Of a DNA stretch of 41,973 bases, positions 8,286 to 16,862 are shown one piece after another. The position numbers were made by a program, and so were the translations under genes. Location: IMG/VR virus record IMGVR_UViG_3300012890_000088, positions 1 to 41,973 of that record; one strand, 5' to 3'. Below the pieces are notes generated by a model. The model was not told the origin of the DNA. It did no database searches and saw only the letters and a program-made list of their open reading frames with translations. This stretch comes from a virus. Taxonomy: Duplodnaviria; Caudoviricetes. The first letter of the stretch is position 1. Every line of letters starts with the position of its first letter.

Positions 8286-8711
8286 ATGCCCGATGAAGAA
8301 CACGACCCCGTGACCGGCGAGATCCTCTCGTCCCGCGCAGCAGACGGCACCCGCCTGCCGCCACCCTCAGCAACGCTCGCCGACACCATCCGCCTGCTCA
8401 ACGATGGGCAGTTCGACCTCGATGCCTCTGCGGAACTGCGCGAGCTCGTCCGCAAGATCCAGGATCATGCCGACAACGCCAAAGGCGTGGCGAAGGGCGC
8501 GATCAGCATCAAGCTCGACATCAAGATGATGAACGGCGCGCACGTCGTCACGCCGACGATGAAGGTCACCGCCCCCACGCCAGACCAGCCCGGCACGCTG
8601 CTGTTCTCGGATGATGACGGCCGGCTCTCCCGCAATCGCCCCGACCAGGGCGTGTTCTTCGGCACCCGCGTGGTGTCCGACAACTCCGCCCGCGACGTGC
8701 GGTCGGTCTAA
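8286..8711 (+). CDS. Hypothetical protein, YfdP-like partner of DUF2303
   Basis: GAAGGA RBS; KGAISIKLDI...P...LFSDDDGRLSRNRPDQ; adjacent to DUF2303. Confidence 0.65.
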   Translation: MPDEEHDPVTGEILSSRAADGTRLPPPSATLADTIRLLNDGQFDLDASAELRELVRKIQDHADNAKGVAKGAISIKLDIKMMNGAHVVTPTMKVTAPTPDQPGTLLFSDDDGRLSRNRPDQGVFFGTRVVSDNSARDVRSV

Positions 8712-8729
8712 CCCAAGGAGGAACGACAC

Positions 8730-9743
8730 ATGTCAGATCAGAACGGAGCGGAGCCGATCGCCGCACTTACGCTCACCAGCGCTGCGCCGGCGGCCGGCGT
8801 GGGCGACATGTTCAAGGCGACGCAGGAGTTCGTCACCGATCATTTGCGGCCCGTAATTGCTCCGATCACCGACCCAGATACCGGCATCACAGCACTGGCC
8901 GTCATCGGCAACGACAGCGTCGAGCCGCTGAGCGAACGTTTCTTTGATGGCGCACGCGACAATCCCCGCTTCCGCCGCGGCACGGCGGCCCTCACGCGCA
9001 TCGAATCCTTCATCCAGCACGTCAACCGGTTCGGCGATTTCGACACGGTCGTCTTCGCCGATGACAGCCGCACCGCGCCCAAGCTCACCGCGATCCTCGA
9101 CTACCACAGGGCCGACCAGAACGAGGTGGACGTCGACGGCAACGCGCGCCGGCAGCACGGCGACTATCGTCACGGCAAGCACCGCACGAGCTTCGCCTTC
9201 CCGCTCTCCGACGAGTGGAAGGCATGGGTCGCAAAGGATGGCGTTGTGCTGTCCATGGCGCAGTTCGCGCTCTTCCTTGAGGATCGCATCGGCGACATCG
9301 CGCTGGCCGGCGACGACTTCCCCGAGGACGTCGCCCGATTCGTCGCGGTGAATGGCGGCGAGAGCAGCATCGCAGACTATGCCACGCTGATCGAGCTGTC
9401 CCGCGGGCTGAAGGTCTACGAGCAGGCGAACGTCGAAGAGGCGACCAACCTGGCATCTGGCGAGGGCCACATCCGCTTCTCGGTTGAGCACGAGACCCGC
9501 GGGCGGACCGGCGGTGTCCTGAAAGTCCCGACGATGTTCTTCATCGCCATTCCGATCTTCAACAAGGGCGCGTTCTACCGGATCGCCGCGCGGCTCCGCT
9601 ACCGCAAGACGGCGGAGGGAGTGAAGTTCTGGTTCGACCTGTATCGGGCGGATCGGTCGTTCGACCATGCGTTCGTCGAAGTCGTCGATAAGGTCGAGGC
9701 AGAGACGTCCGCGAAGGTGCTCTTCGGCTCGCCGGAGGCATGA
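8730..9743 (+). CDS. DUF2303 (YfdQ-like) family protein
   Basis: RGTA.L...SF, AILDYH, SDEWKAW, QFALFLED, IPIF...ARLRYR motifs; AAGGAGG RBS. Confidence 0.85.
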   Translation: MSDQNGAEPIAALTLTSAAPAAGVGDMFKATQEFVTDHLRPVIAPITDPDTGITALAVIGNDSVEPLSERFFDGARDNPRFRRGTAALTRIESFIQHVNRFGDFDTVVFADDSRTAPKLTAILDYHRADQNEVDVDGNARRQHGDYRHGKHRTSFAFPLSDEWKAWVAKDGVVLSMAQFALFLEDRIGDIALAGDDFPEDVARFVAVNGGESSIADYATLIELSRGLKVYEQANVEEATNLASGEGHIRFSVEHETRGRTGGVLKVPTMFFIAIPIFNKGAFYRIAARLRYRKTAEGVKFWFDLYRADRSFDHAFVEVVDKVEAETSAKVLFGSPEA

Positions 9744-9982
9744 CGGTGCGGGGCCTGATTACACGCATATTCGGCGGTCAGGCCCCGTTGCCTGAGCCAA
9801 CGTCGTCGCACGGGCTCGCCGCCGACCTCGATCGCGCCATCGCTGACCAGCGCCGGCGGCGGCTGGAGCGTGCCCAGCGGCGCGTGTCGAGGCGGTTCGA
9901 GCACGCTCGGCCCAAGGTCGAGCAGCTGCGCGCCGCCCTCACCCAGCATGCGCAGAAGCTGCGTGACGAGGCGGGAGCGTGA
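9740..9982 (+). CDS. Hypothetical protein
   Basis: Coupled at both ends. Confidence 0.6.
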   Translation: MTVRGLITRIFGGQAPLPEPTSSHGLAADLDRAIADQRRRRLERAQRRVSRRFEHARPKVEQLRAALTQHAQKLRDEAGA

Positions 9983-10122
9983 TGGACACCCAGACCGGCC
10001 TGTTTGCGCTGCTCGCGCTGTTGTGGGTGGCTTCGCTGCTCGCGCGGCTAGCGCGCGGGGTCGAAATGATCGGCATTGAATTGGGCCGTCTGCGTGAGCT
10101 TGCCCAACGGGGGCGCCAATGA
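9982..10122 (+). CDS. 46-aa membrane peptide (not in ORF track)
   Basis: TGATG and ATGA overlaps; MDTQTGLFALLALLWVASLLARL. Confidence 0.6.
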   Translation: MDTQTGLFALLALLWVASLLARLARGVEMIGIELGRLRELAQRGRQ

Positions 10123-10463
10123 CCGGCAACGTCTATTTCATCGCCGCACCGACAGCGTGCATGACAAAGATCGGTTTCACCCGCCACGCCGTCGAGCACC
10201 GCCTTCGTGCGCTCCGCGCGGGTAGTCCAGTTCACCTCGAGGTGATGGCTTGGGCTGCCGGTGGGCGCGAATACGAGCGTGCTCTGCACGAGATGTTTGC
10301 CGAGGATTGGTCGCACGGTGAGTGGTTTCGCTCCTCCGCAGCCTTGGTCGCGTTCCGAACGGCTGTGGGGTTGGGCGGGGATCTTACGATTATGATCGAT
10401 CCCTCGCGCTATCCCCGTGGGATCTTCGTTGCCCATATGCTCGCAGAGAGTCGGCGAACGTGA
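10119..10463 (+). CDS. GIY-YIG nuclease family (T5orf172 / MUG113-like)
   Basis: VYFI...KIGFT...RL..L...SP...E..LH..F...GEWF. Confidence 0.85.
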   Translation: MTGNVYFIAAPTACMTKIGFTRHAVEHRLRALRAGSPVHLEVMAWAAGGREYERALHEMFAEDWSHGEWFRSSAALVAFRTAVGLGGDLTIMIDPSRYPRGIFVAHMLAESRRT

Positions 10464-11281
10464 GCAATCACCTCATTTCGGCGGCCTATAAGCGCGATCT
10501 GCGCACGCCAATGCGTAAGTCGGTGCTTGCGCTGCTCGCCGACAAGGCCAGCGACGACGGCTCGGGCATCTATGCGTCCAAGCAGACGATGGCGGACGAG
10601 CTCTGCTGTTCGAAGCAGGCGCTGCTCGACACCATCAAGGCGTTCATCGTCGAAGGGCTGCTCGTCGAGCTTGGCAAGCGGCGGGCGCCGAACGGGTTCA
10701 CCGTCGAATACGGCATCGTGGTGTCCGCGCTTGAGGCTCTGCCTCTGGTGAAATGCCATGCTGATCGCTTGGCCCGCCAGTCAACTAGGTTGACCGGTCA
10801 ACCTGCTGGACCGGTCAATGAGATGGACCGGTCAACCGGGCTGACCCCACCAGTCCAGCAGGTTGACCCTAACCCTCCTGAACCCTCCTCTTCGAAGGCT
10901 ACGCCTTCTTCGAGGGCGCGCACTCGTGATCCGAAGCTCAAGCCATTCCGAATGCCGGAAGACTGGAGGCCAGTCCGTTTCGCTGATGACAGCGTCGCTC
11001 GGGAGATCGTCGATCGCCGTGGCCGTGAGTGGGGCCGCAGGGCGCTGGAGAGCTTCCGGAGCTGGGCAGCCAACGCTGACGACAAGGACGGAATCGGCCG
11101 CAAACTCAACTGGCAGCAGGCGTGGGTGAAGTGGGTGATCAAGCAGGACAGCGATGATGGACAACGATCAGGGCAGCGTGTGGCAGGAAACGACCGAGGC
11201 GGTTCAGCGGGCGATGGTCGAGGGACCACGCTCGCAGCTGCCGACAGGTTCCTCGCGCGGCGCGGTCTCGGCGGAGCTTGA
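10460..11281 (+). CDS. Phage replication initiator (N-terminal wHTH, lambda O-like organisation)
   Basis: KSVLALLADKASDDG...YASKQTMADE; C-terminal W.QAW.KW; internal iterons. Confidence 0.85.
   Translation: MSNHLISAAYKRDLRTPMRKSVLALLADKASDDGSGIYASKQTMADELCCSKQALLDTIKAFIVEGLLVELGKRRAPNGFTVEYGIVVSALEALPLVKCHADRLARQSTRLTGQPAGPVNEMDRSTGLTPPVQQVDPNPPEPSSSKATPSSRARTRDPKLKPFRMPEDWRPVRFADDSVAREIVDRRGREWGRRALESFRSWAANADDKDGIGRKLNWQQAWVKWVIKQDSDDGQRSGQRVAGNDRGGSAGDGRGTTLAAADRFLARRGLGGA
10777..10866. repeat. Replication-origin iterons: five 17-bp units
   Basis: ccagtcaactaggttga / ccggtcaacctgctgga / ccggtcaatgagatgga / ccggtcaaccgggctga / (5 nt) ccagtccagcaggttga. Confidence 0.85.
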
Positions 11282-11840
11282 ACCCGCCAGCGCTCGCGAG
11301 TTCATCACGATCCTGACACCGTGCCTGCAGTTGGTCGCCCCCGTCGGGATGGGCGAGGACGACCGCGACATTTGGTTCGAGGCGGCGCAGCTGGCGCTCG
11401 CGGATGTGCCGGCCGACCTCCTGCGCCGCGGCGCTCAGCACGCGATGGCCCTCGCTGATCACCCGTCGAAGATCGTGCCGGCGATCATGCGCGAGATCGC
11501 CGATAGCCTGCGCTCTCGGCGCAACGTCGGCGCTACCGAGGCGGCAATCTGGCAGGGTGCGGATAACCGGCCGACCGCTCTGCCCGCACCACGCGGTGAG
11601 CGCGCGACGAAGGATGAGCTCGACAGCATCTGCCGCCAGTACGGCGTTGGCCGATATGCCAAGGCGTCCACGGCGGCCAGTTCACACCGTCCAGCTCAGG
11701 TCGCCGCCACCGGAGATCCGGCGCGCGCGTGCCGCAACCCCTCGCCCGAGGACTATCAGCGCCTGTTCGGCATCGACCCTGCAGCCGAGCGGGCGAAGGG
11801 CGAAGCGATGCGTGCGGCACCGCAGGCAAAGACCGCATGA
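11154..11840 (+). CDS. Putative replication accessory protein (helicase loader-like)
   Basis: Follows and overlaps the initiator; W..AA..ALADVP.DLL...HPSKIVP.I pattern. Confidence 0.6.
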   Translation: MMDNDQGSVWQETTEAVQRAMVEGPRSQLPTGSSRGAVSAELEPASAREFITILTPCLQLVAPVGMGEDDRDIWFEAAQLALADVPADLLRRGAQHAMALADHPSKIVPAIMREIADSLRSRRNVGATEAAIWQGADNRPTALPAPRGERATKDELDSICRQYGVGRYAKASTAASSHRPAQVAATGDPARACRNPSPEDYQRLFGIDPAAERAKGEAMRAAPQAKTA

Positions 11841-11841
11841 C

Positions 11842-12015
11842 GTGGCGTGGCACGATGGCCGCACCTTCTACGGTTGCCGCTGCGGCGCGCGAGACGAACG
11901 GACCGGCGAGGCACCGGCCACCCTGCCCTGCTGGAACTGTAAGGGCGGCATCATGGCGAAGTGGGTGCCGCCAGCGGTCGCGGCCGAATGCGCGCGAGCA
12001 GCACCCATAGCGTGA
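11842..12015 (+). CDS. Small zinc-ribbon protein (57 aa)
   Basis: CRCG...CWNC; GTG start just after the previous stop. Confidence 0.5.
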   Translation: MAWHDGRTFYGCRCGARDERTGEAPATLPCWNCKGGIMAKWVPPAVAAECARAAPIA

Positions 12016-12040
12016 CGACGTTCTATAATTGTTCTATATC
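12012..12040 (+). promoter_or_regulatory. Promoter with alphaproteobacterial LexA (SOS) box upstream of the NusG paralog
   Basis: GTTC-TATAATT-GTTC at 12020-12034 is an exact GTTC-N7-GTTC; it lies in the 17-nt spacer of GTGACG (12012-17) / TATATC (12035-40). Confidence 0.8.
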
Positions 12041-12064
12041 GACAAGGCGAGCGGGAGCGGGAAG

Positions 12065-12679
12065 ATGGCGGGGATTGAGGGGCAGGATCGGAGCGGCACG
12101 GCGCGGCGCTGGTGCATCCTGCGGACGGCGGGATCTCGGACGCTACCGCTGACGGAGTCGCTGACGGCTGCCGGCTTCGACGTATGGACGCCATCGCAAC
12201 TTCGCCGCAGGCGAGTGCCGCGGAAGAAGGCTTTCGTTTTCACCAGCTACCCGGTCTTGCCGACCTTCGTATTCGCGCGCGCCGACCATGTGCTCGACCT
12301 GTACCGGCTGCAGTCGCTCCCCGTGAGTCCGCACCCGAACTTCTCCCTTTTCCGGAACGGACTGGGCGTGCCGCTGATATCCGACACCGACGTGAACGGC
12401 CTCCGCAGGGTGGCGGCTGACATGCAGGCCGTACTGGATGGCGAGGTGTCAAAGGAGCAGCGGGAGGCGATGAGACAGCACCGGCGTGACTTCGACGTCG
12501 GGTCGCTGGTCCACACGGATGCAGGTGGGTTCGCGGGTATGACCGGCGTGGTGCAGCACGGCGATGGCAAGTGGGCCTGGGTGCTGTTCGGCGGCCAGAT
12601 GAAGGTGAAAGTTGACGCTTTCCTTTTGAGAACAGGTGCAGTACAAAGCCAGCATCCCGTTGTCGGGGTCGCCGCCTGA
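12065..12679 (+). CDS. NusG-family transcription antiterminator (phage late regulator)
   Basis: NGN domain (WCILRT...GFDVWTP...PVLPTFVF) plus KOW (FDVGSLV...GGFAGMTGVV); occupies the lambda Q position. Confidence 0.9.
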   Translation: MAGIEGQDRSGTARRWCILRTAGSRTLPLTESLTAAGFDVWTPSQLRRRRVPRKKAFVFTSYPVLPTFVFARADHVLDLYRLQSLPVSPHPNFSLFRNGLGVPLISDTDVNGLRRVAADMQAVLDGEVSKEQREAMRQHRRDFDVGSLVHTDAGGFAGMTGVVQHGDGKWAWVLFGGQMKVKVDAFLLRTGAVQSQHPVVGVAA

Positions 12680-12804
12680 GCGGCTATGCGAGAGATGCTG
12701 GTTTCGACTGCCCTCGCCACCAACGCAGAGACGTGTGTCTCGGGCGATTGTCCTACGGTATGGACCGGTGCGAACGGAACCAGAGTGTGCCGCTAATAGC
12801 GGCA
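12680..12804 (+). ncRNA. Putative structured cis-regulatory RNA (late leader)
   Basis: Nested helices ctggtttcg/cggaaccag, tcgcc/ggcga, gagac/gtctc, gtcc/ggac and gcggc/gccgc; alternative hairpin tgccgct-aat-agcggca. Confidence 0.55.
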
Positions 12805-12831
12805 GGCCTCTTCGTGCTTTCAAGTAACAAT

Positions 12832-12904
12832 GCCCCTGTAGCTCAGCTGGTAGAGCAGCCGCCTCGTAAGCGGCAGGTCGTCGGTTTGATCCCGATGCAG
12901 AGCT
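12832..12904 (+). tRNA. tRNA-Thr(CGT), probably degenerate (pseudo-tRNA)
   Basis: Intact D arm GCTC-AGCTGGTA-GAGC and anticodon arm GCCGC-CTCGTAA-GCGGC; T loop TTTGATC; mispaired acceptor stem GCCCCTG / GCAGAGC. Confidence 0.75.
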
Positions 12905-13172
12905 GGCCAGCAAGCGCACACGGCCATCGGCGATCGTATACGGCCTCCAATTAGGAGCCGCGCCCGCCAGGGATTGCGGCCCCATTTATACCCAGCAAAC
13001 GGCATCAGCGCGGGTCTACGGGCAAATGCAGCCCGGCCTTTACGGTTGATGACGCTCTAGCGAGCGCGCTCTCAAAGCATCTTTTCCAAGAAAATGAACA
13101 GTCGCGGGCGATTATCGGCCACCTGTCGATGCGACATCGTGCATTTGCAATATTTACATAGGAGAATACCAA

Positions 13173-14015
13173 GTGAGCGATCCCGATCAGCTAGCCAATG
13201 ACATCATCGTATTGGGCCGTATCAAAAAGGTCAGTGAGCCAGCAGCACAAGCCAGTTTGACCAACTGGTTTGAAAATCGGCAGTATGGATTAAACACTCA
13301 AAACCCAAACCCCTATCAAATCGACACAAGCGCCAATTTACCGCCTTCGGAGATCGTCTCACGGGCCTGTGACTCCCTAGCCCTGGCCATCGAAACGTTG
13401 ACCAATTTGGCTCGACATGCCCTAAATCCGAACGAAGCTAAGCGACTTGACGCACTCGTAACAACTCTTAAACTTCTCGCCCAAGGGGTGAAGGCTGGGC
13501 AGATCGACTTAGCCACGGCACGATCAATGCTTCAGACGACCCTTGCGGCCACGCTCGACTCAATTGCTGGTGGGGGCATGAGTGTGCTGTTCGGCGCACT
13601 CGGATCGTGGGCTACAACCGTGGTGCCTAACCCGATCGTCAAAATCTTCACAACGGCTGGATTTCTCCTCCTTGGCATGGCCGCGAGTTGGTACATCTCG
13701 GATACCAACGTTGCCAACGCCGTTGCTGAAAGGTTGACCAACGCCCTGTTCGATGGCCTTGAAGCACTCGCACGCGCGATTAACGCGATTATAAACGAAA
13801 TCTACAACGCAACCAGCTATCATCCTGATCCGGATGACGCCGCGTTATCTGTTCAGGGTACGGACGCTGGTGGCGGGTTTCAGCAGGTGACGATTTACAG
13901 CCAAGGCGATCCGCACGTTATGATTGCCGATGCTGCAAATGTTGTCGAATTGCCAGTTGACTGGTCGACCTATACGGATCCCAAATCTCCTTGGAATGAT
14001 CCGACCCCCATTTGA
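13173..14015 (+). CDS. Moron-encoded helical protein with hydrophobic hairpin (280 aa)
   Basis: Lower GC than flanks, AGGAG RBS, AT-rich upstream region and its own terminator. Confidence 0.8.
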   Translation: MSDPDQLANDIIVLGRIKKVSEPAAQASLTNWFENRQYGLNTQNPNPYQIDTSANLPPSEIVSRACDSLALAIETLTNLARHALNPNEAKRLDALVTTLKLLAQGVKAGQIDLATARSMLQTTLAATLDSIAGGGMSVLFGALGSWATTVVPNPIVKIFTTAGFLLLGMAASWYISDTNVANAVAERLTNALFDGLEALARAINAIINEIYNATSYHPDPDDAALSVQGTDAGGGFQQVTIYSQGDPHVMIADAANVVELPVDWSTYTDPKSPWNDPTPI

Positions 14016-14023
14016 GACCTTCT

Positions 14024-14064
14024 AAGCAGCGCGCCGCAGTGTTGGCGCGCTGCTTTGTGCTTTT
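14024..14064 (+). terminator. Intrinsic terminator after the moron
   Basis: AAGCAGCGCGCC-8 nt-GGCGCGCTGCTT followed by tgtgctttt. Confidence 0.8.
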
Positions 14065-14082
14065 GAGTAGGTGGAAACGACC

Positions 14083-14442
14083 ATGGGTAAGCTGAAAGCG
14101 CTGCCTAATCGACTGACCAGCCTCAAGCCTGGCCTCGGCGCCTTGCCTCCCGTTGAGCGCACCAGAGACGAAGATCGAAACCTGCACGCGCCTTGGCGCA
14201 AGCTCTATAAGACAGCTCGCTGGCGAGCGCTGCGCATGGTCATTCTGACGCGCGATATGTTTACCTGCCAGTGGCCGGGATGCGGGCTAATGACCTTCGA
14301 TACCTCCCGGCTAGTTGTCGACCACAAGAAGCCGCATCGCGGCGACGAGGCGCTGTTCTGGGCTGAAGGCAACCTGCAGACGCTGTGTGCGCCCTGCCAC
14401 AACAGTCGAAAGCAGCGGGTCGAACGGGCACAGCGCCACTGA
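14083..14442 (+). CDS. HNH endonuclease (terminase-associated, HK97 gp74-like)
   Basis: RD.FTCQWPGC...VVDHKKPHRGD...NLQTLCAPCHN; directly upstream of terS. Confidence 0.92.
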   Translation: MGKLKALPNRLTSLKPGLGALPPVERTRDEDRNLHAPWRKLYKTARWRALRMVILTRDMFTCQWPGCGLMTFDTSRLVVDHKKPHRGDEALFWAEGNLQTLCAPCHNSRKQRVERAQRH

Positions 14443-14577
14443 CATGACGCATTAGACCGGGGGGGGTGGGTCCGAACTGGGCCAAGCCCCTCCCCTCTGG
14501 ACCCCATAGGCTCCCACGCGGAGAAAAAATCCCGCTGGAGTGTCAGGGGGTGCGAACTTTGAGCCGAGGAGCCCTCG
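14443..14577. other. Probable cos / packaging-initiation region
   Basis: G-run, pyrimidine tract and GAGAAAAAATCCC between HNH and terS, the usual cos location in HNH-type cos phages; exact ends not determinable. Confidence 0.5.
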
Positions 14578-15147
14578 ATGGCGGCCCGCAAGACAACTAC
14601 CGACTGGTCGCGCATCGAGCTCGAATACTTGGCCGGTGAAGATTCCATCCGCGAAATAGCTGATCGATACGAGATTTCGGACACGGCTATTCGTAAGCGG
14701 GCAAAGGCGGAAAAGTGGGTTCGCGAGGCGAAGAAGGTTCGCACTGCGAACCAGCGCGAACCTGAGCGTTCGCCGCCTCCCCCTGCCCCGTCTGATCCGG
14801 AGCAGCCAGTTGAGGCGGCGAAGATCGCGGACGGCGGCCGCGGCCTGGTCTGGCGCATGCTCGATGAGCTGGACGTGATCACCAGCCGGCGCGGCGAGCT
14901 GGAGGACATGATTGTCGACGCGACCGACGGCGACGAGGATGAAGCGCGGCGCGAGGCGATGATGCGGGCGGTGAGCCTCACTAATCGCGCAAACACGATG
15001 AAGACGCTGGCACTCGCGCTCAAGACGCTGAACGAAGCGTCGGCACCGCAGGGCAAGAAGGCAGCCGTGCAGGACCGGGCCAACGCCGTCGGCGGCGGTC
15101 GTCGCTTCGGCGCGATGGGTCCGCCCACGCTGACCGCCGTCAAGTAA
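14578..15147 (+). CDS. terS: Terminase small subunit
   Basis: [36 protein letters not shown]; position; GAGGAG RBS. Confidence 0.85.
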   Translation: MAARKTTTDWSRIELEYLAGEDSIREIADRYEISDTAIRKRAKAEKWVREAKKVRTANQREPERSPPPPAPSDPEQPVEAAKIADGGRGLVWRMLDELDVITSRRGELEDMIVDATDGDEDEARREAMMRAVSLTNRANTMKTLALALKTLNEASAPQGKKAAVQDRANAVGGGRRFGAMGPPTLTAVK

Positions 15148-15148
15148 G

Positions 15149-16852
15149 GTGCCGACCTGGTCGACGGCGTGTCCTGATTGGAAGGAGCGGATTCGCGAGC
15201 GCCGCACGCTCATCCCGTTCTCGCCGCTCTATACGGCGTCTGCGAATACCAAGATGGAGGTTTTCACCTCCCTGAGCATCGCCGACCTCGGCATCAACCC
15301 GGCGACGGGCCGGACCTGGACGATCGGCGAGAGCGCCGACACCTGGCTGCTCGACTTCGCCGCGGCGATCTTCGGCGCCTACGACCCAGAGACGGGGCAG
15401 CAGCGGATCCGCGAGGGCCTGCTGCTCGTGTCGAAGAAGAACACGAAGTCGACTATCGCCGCGGGGATCATGCTCACCGAGCTGATCTGCGGCTGGCGGC
15501 CCTCGGACGAGAACCTGATCCTCGCGCCGACGATCGAGGTCGCCGGCAACAGCTTCAAGCCGGCCTGCGACATGATCCGCGCAGACGAGGAGTTGAGCGA
15601 CCTCCTGCACATCCAAGAGCACATCCGGCTCATCACCAATCGCGTGACGAAAGCCACGCTGAAGGTCGTGGCGGCGGACAGCGCTACGGTGTCGGGCAAG
15701 AAGGCCAGCCGGGTGCTGGTCGACGAGCTCTGGCTGTTCGGGAAGAAGGCGACCGCGGATGCGATGTTCCGCGAGGCTTCTGGCGGCCAGGTGTCGAGGC
15801 CGGAGGGCTACACCCTTTACCTGACGACGCAGTCCGACGAGCCTCCCGCAGGCGTGTTCAAGGAGAAGCTGGCGTACGCGCGCGACGTGCGCGACGGCGA
15901 GGTCGACGACCCTGAGTTTCTGCCGGTCCTGTACGAGTTCCCCAACGAGATGATGGCGGACGACGAGCACCTCGATCCCGCCAACTTCTACATCACCAAC
16001 CCGAACCTCGGCCGGTCGGTCAGCCAGCAGTGGCTGGAGAGCCAGTTCCGGAAAGTGTCGAACGCCGAGGACGGCACCAAGCAGGTCTTCTACGCCAAGC
16101 ACCTCAACGTCGAGATCGGCGTTGGCCTCCGGCACGACGCATGGATCGGTGGAGTGTACTGGCAAGGCGCACGGGCCGACCCGGCGCTCTGGGACGGCAC
16201 CTTCGAGCAGTTCCTGGAGATCTGCGAAGTAGTGGTGGCCGGCGGTGACGGTGGCGGTCTCGACGATCTTCTCGGCCTGGCGCTGCTCGGCCGACACAAG
16301 GTCACCAAGCAATGGCTGCTCTGGTGCCGCGCCTGGGCGCAGCAGGACGTGTTCGATCGGCGCAAGGACATTGTCAGCCGGCTGAACGACTTCATTGCTG
16401 AGAAGACGTTGGTGCGCTGCGAGGCGCCGACACAGGATCTGGTCGAGGTCGCCGACCTGCTCGAGCGGGTGAACGACGCGGGACTGTTCCCAGAGCAGGC
16501 GGCGATCGGTCTTGATCCGCAGGGTGTGACCGCCCTCGTCGACGAGCTGTCAGGTCGCGGCTTCACGGCCGAGCAGATGCTGGCGGTCAGCCAAGGCTTC
16601 CGGCTCTCTGCGGCGGTCTGGGGCATGGAGCGCAAGCTGAAGGACGGCACGCTTGTTCACGGCGGGCAAGATCTCATGGCCTGGTGTGTTGGCAACGCGA
16701 AGGCCGAGCAGCGCGGCAACGCCGTCCTGATCACGAAGCAGATTGCCGGCAAGGCGAAGATCGACCCCCTCGTCGCCGCCTTCAACGCGGTGATGCTGAT
16801 GACGCGCAATCCCGAGGCTGCCGGTTCCGGGCCAAGCGTCCTGTTTATCTGA
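15149..16852 (+). CDS. terL: Terminase large subunit
   Basis: Walker A-like KKNTKST, Walker B VLVDE, TTQS, NPNLG, nuclease [10 protein letters not shown] and KIDP. Confidence 0.96.
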   Translation: MPTWSTACPDWKERIRERRTLIPFSPLYTASANTKMEVFTSLSIADLGINPATGRTWTIGESADTWLLDFAAAIFGAYDPETGQQRIREGLLLVSKKNTKSTIAAGIMLTELICGWRPSDENLILAPTIEVAGNSFKPACDMIRADEELSDLLHIQEHIRLITNRVTKATLKVVAADSATVSGKKASRVLVDELWLFGKKATADAMFREASGGQVSRPEGYTLYLTTQSDEPPAGVFKEKLAYARDVRDGEVDDPEFLPVLYEFPNEMMADDEHLDPANFYITNPNLGRSVSQQWLESQFRKVSNAEDGTKQVFYAKHLNVEIGVGLRHDAWIGGVYWQGARADPALWDGTFEQFLEICEVVVAGGDGGGLDDLLGLALLGRHKVTKQWLLWCRAWAQQDVFDRRKDIVSRLNDFIAEKTLVRCEAPTQDLVEVADLLERVNDAGLFPEQAAIGLDPQGVTALVDELSGRGFTAEQMLAVSQGFRLSAAVWGMERKLKDGTLVHGGQDLMAWCVGNAKAEQRGNAVLITKQIAGKAKIDPLVAAFNAVMLMTRNPEAAGSGPSVLFI

Positions 16853-16862
16853 GGACAAAGCC

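Noticed and set aside
10777-10866. Short repeats as a possible CRISPR array
   Set aside because: Repeats abut with no unique spacers, lie inside the initiator gene, and no cas genes are present
12612-12647. Late promoter within the 3' end of the NusG-paralog gene (TTGACG ... TACAAA)
   Set aside because: The hexamers are not at canonical spacing; plausible location but not supportable without TSS data
12905-13060. Possible further tRNA remnants (CGGGC-AAATGCA-GCCCG and ctcc-aatta-ggag hairpins)
   Set aside because: No cloverleaf could be assembled; isolated short hairpins are expected at this GC content
15430-15455. Non-canonical TerL Walker A (KKNTKST)
   Set aside because: Similar KKNxKST variants occur in this terminase subgroup; no sign of inactivation
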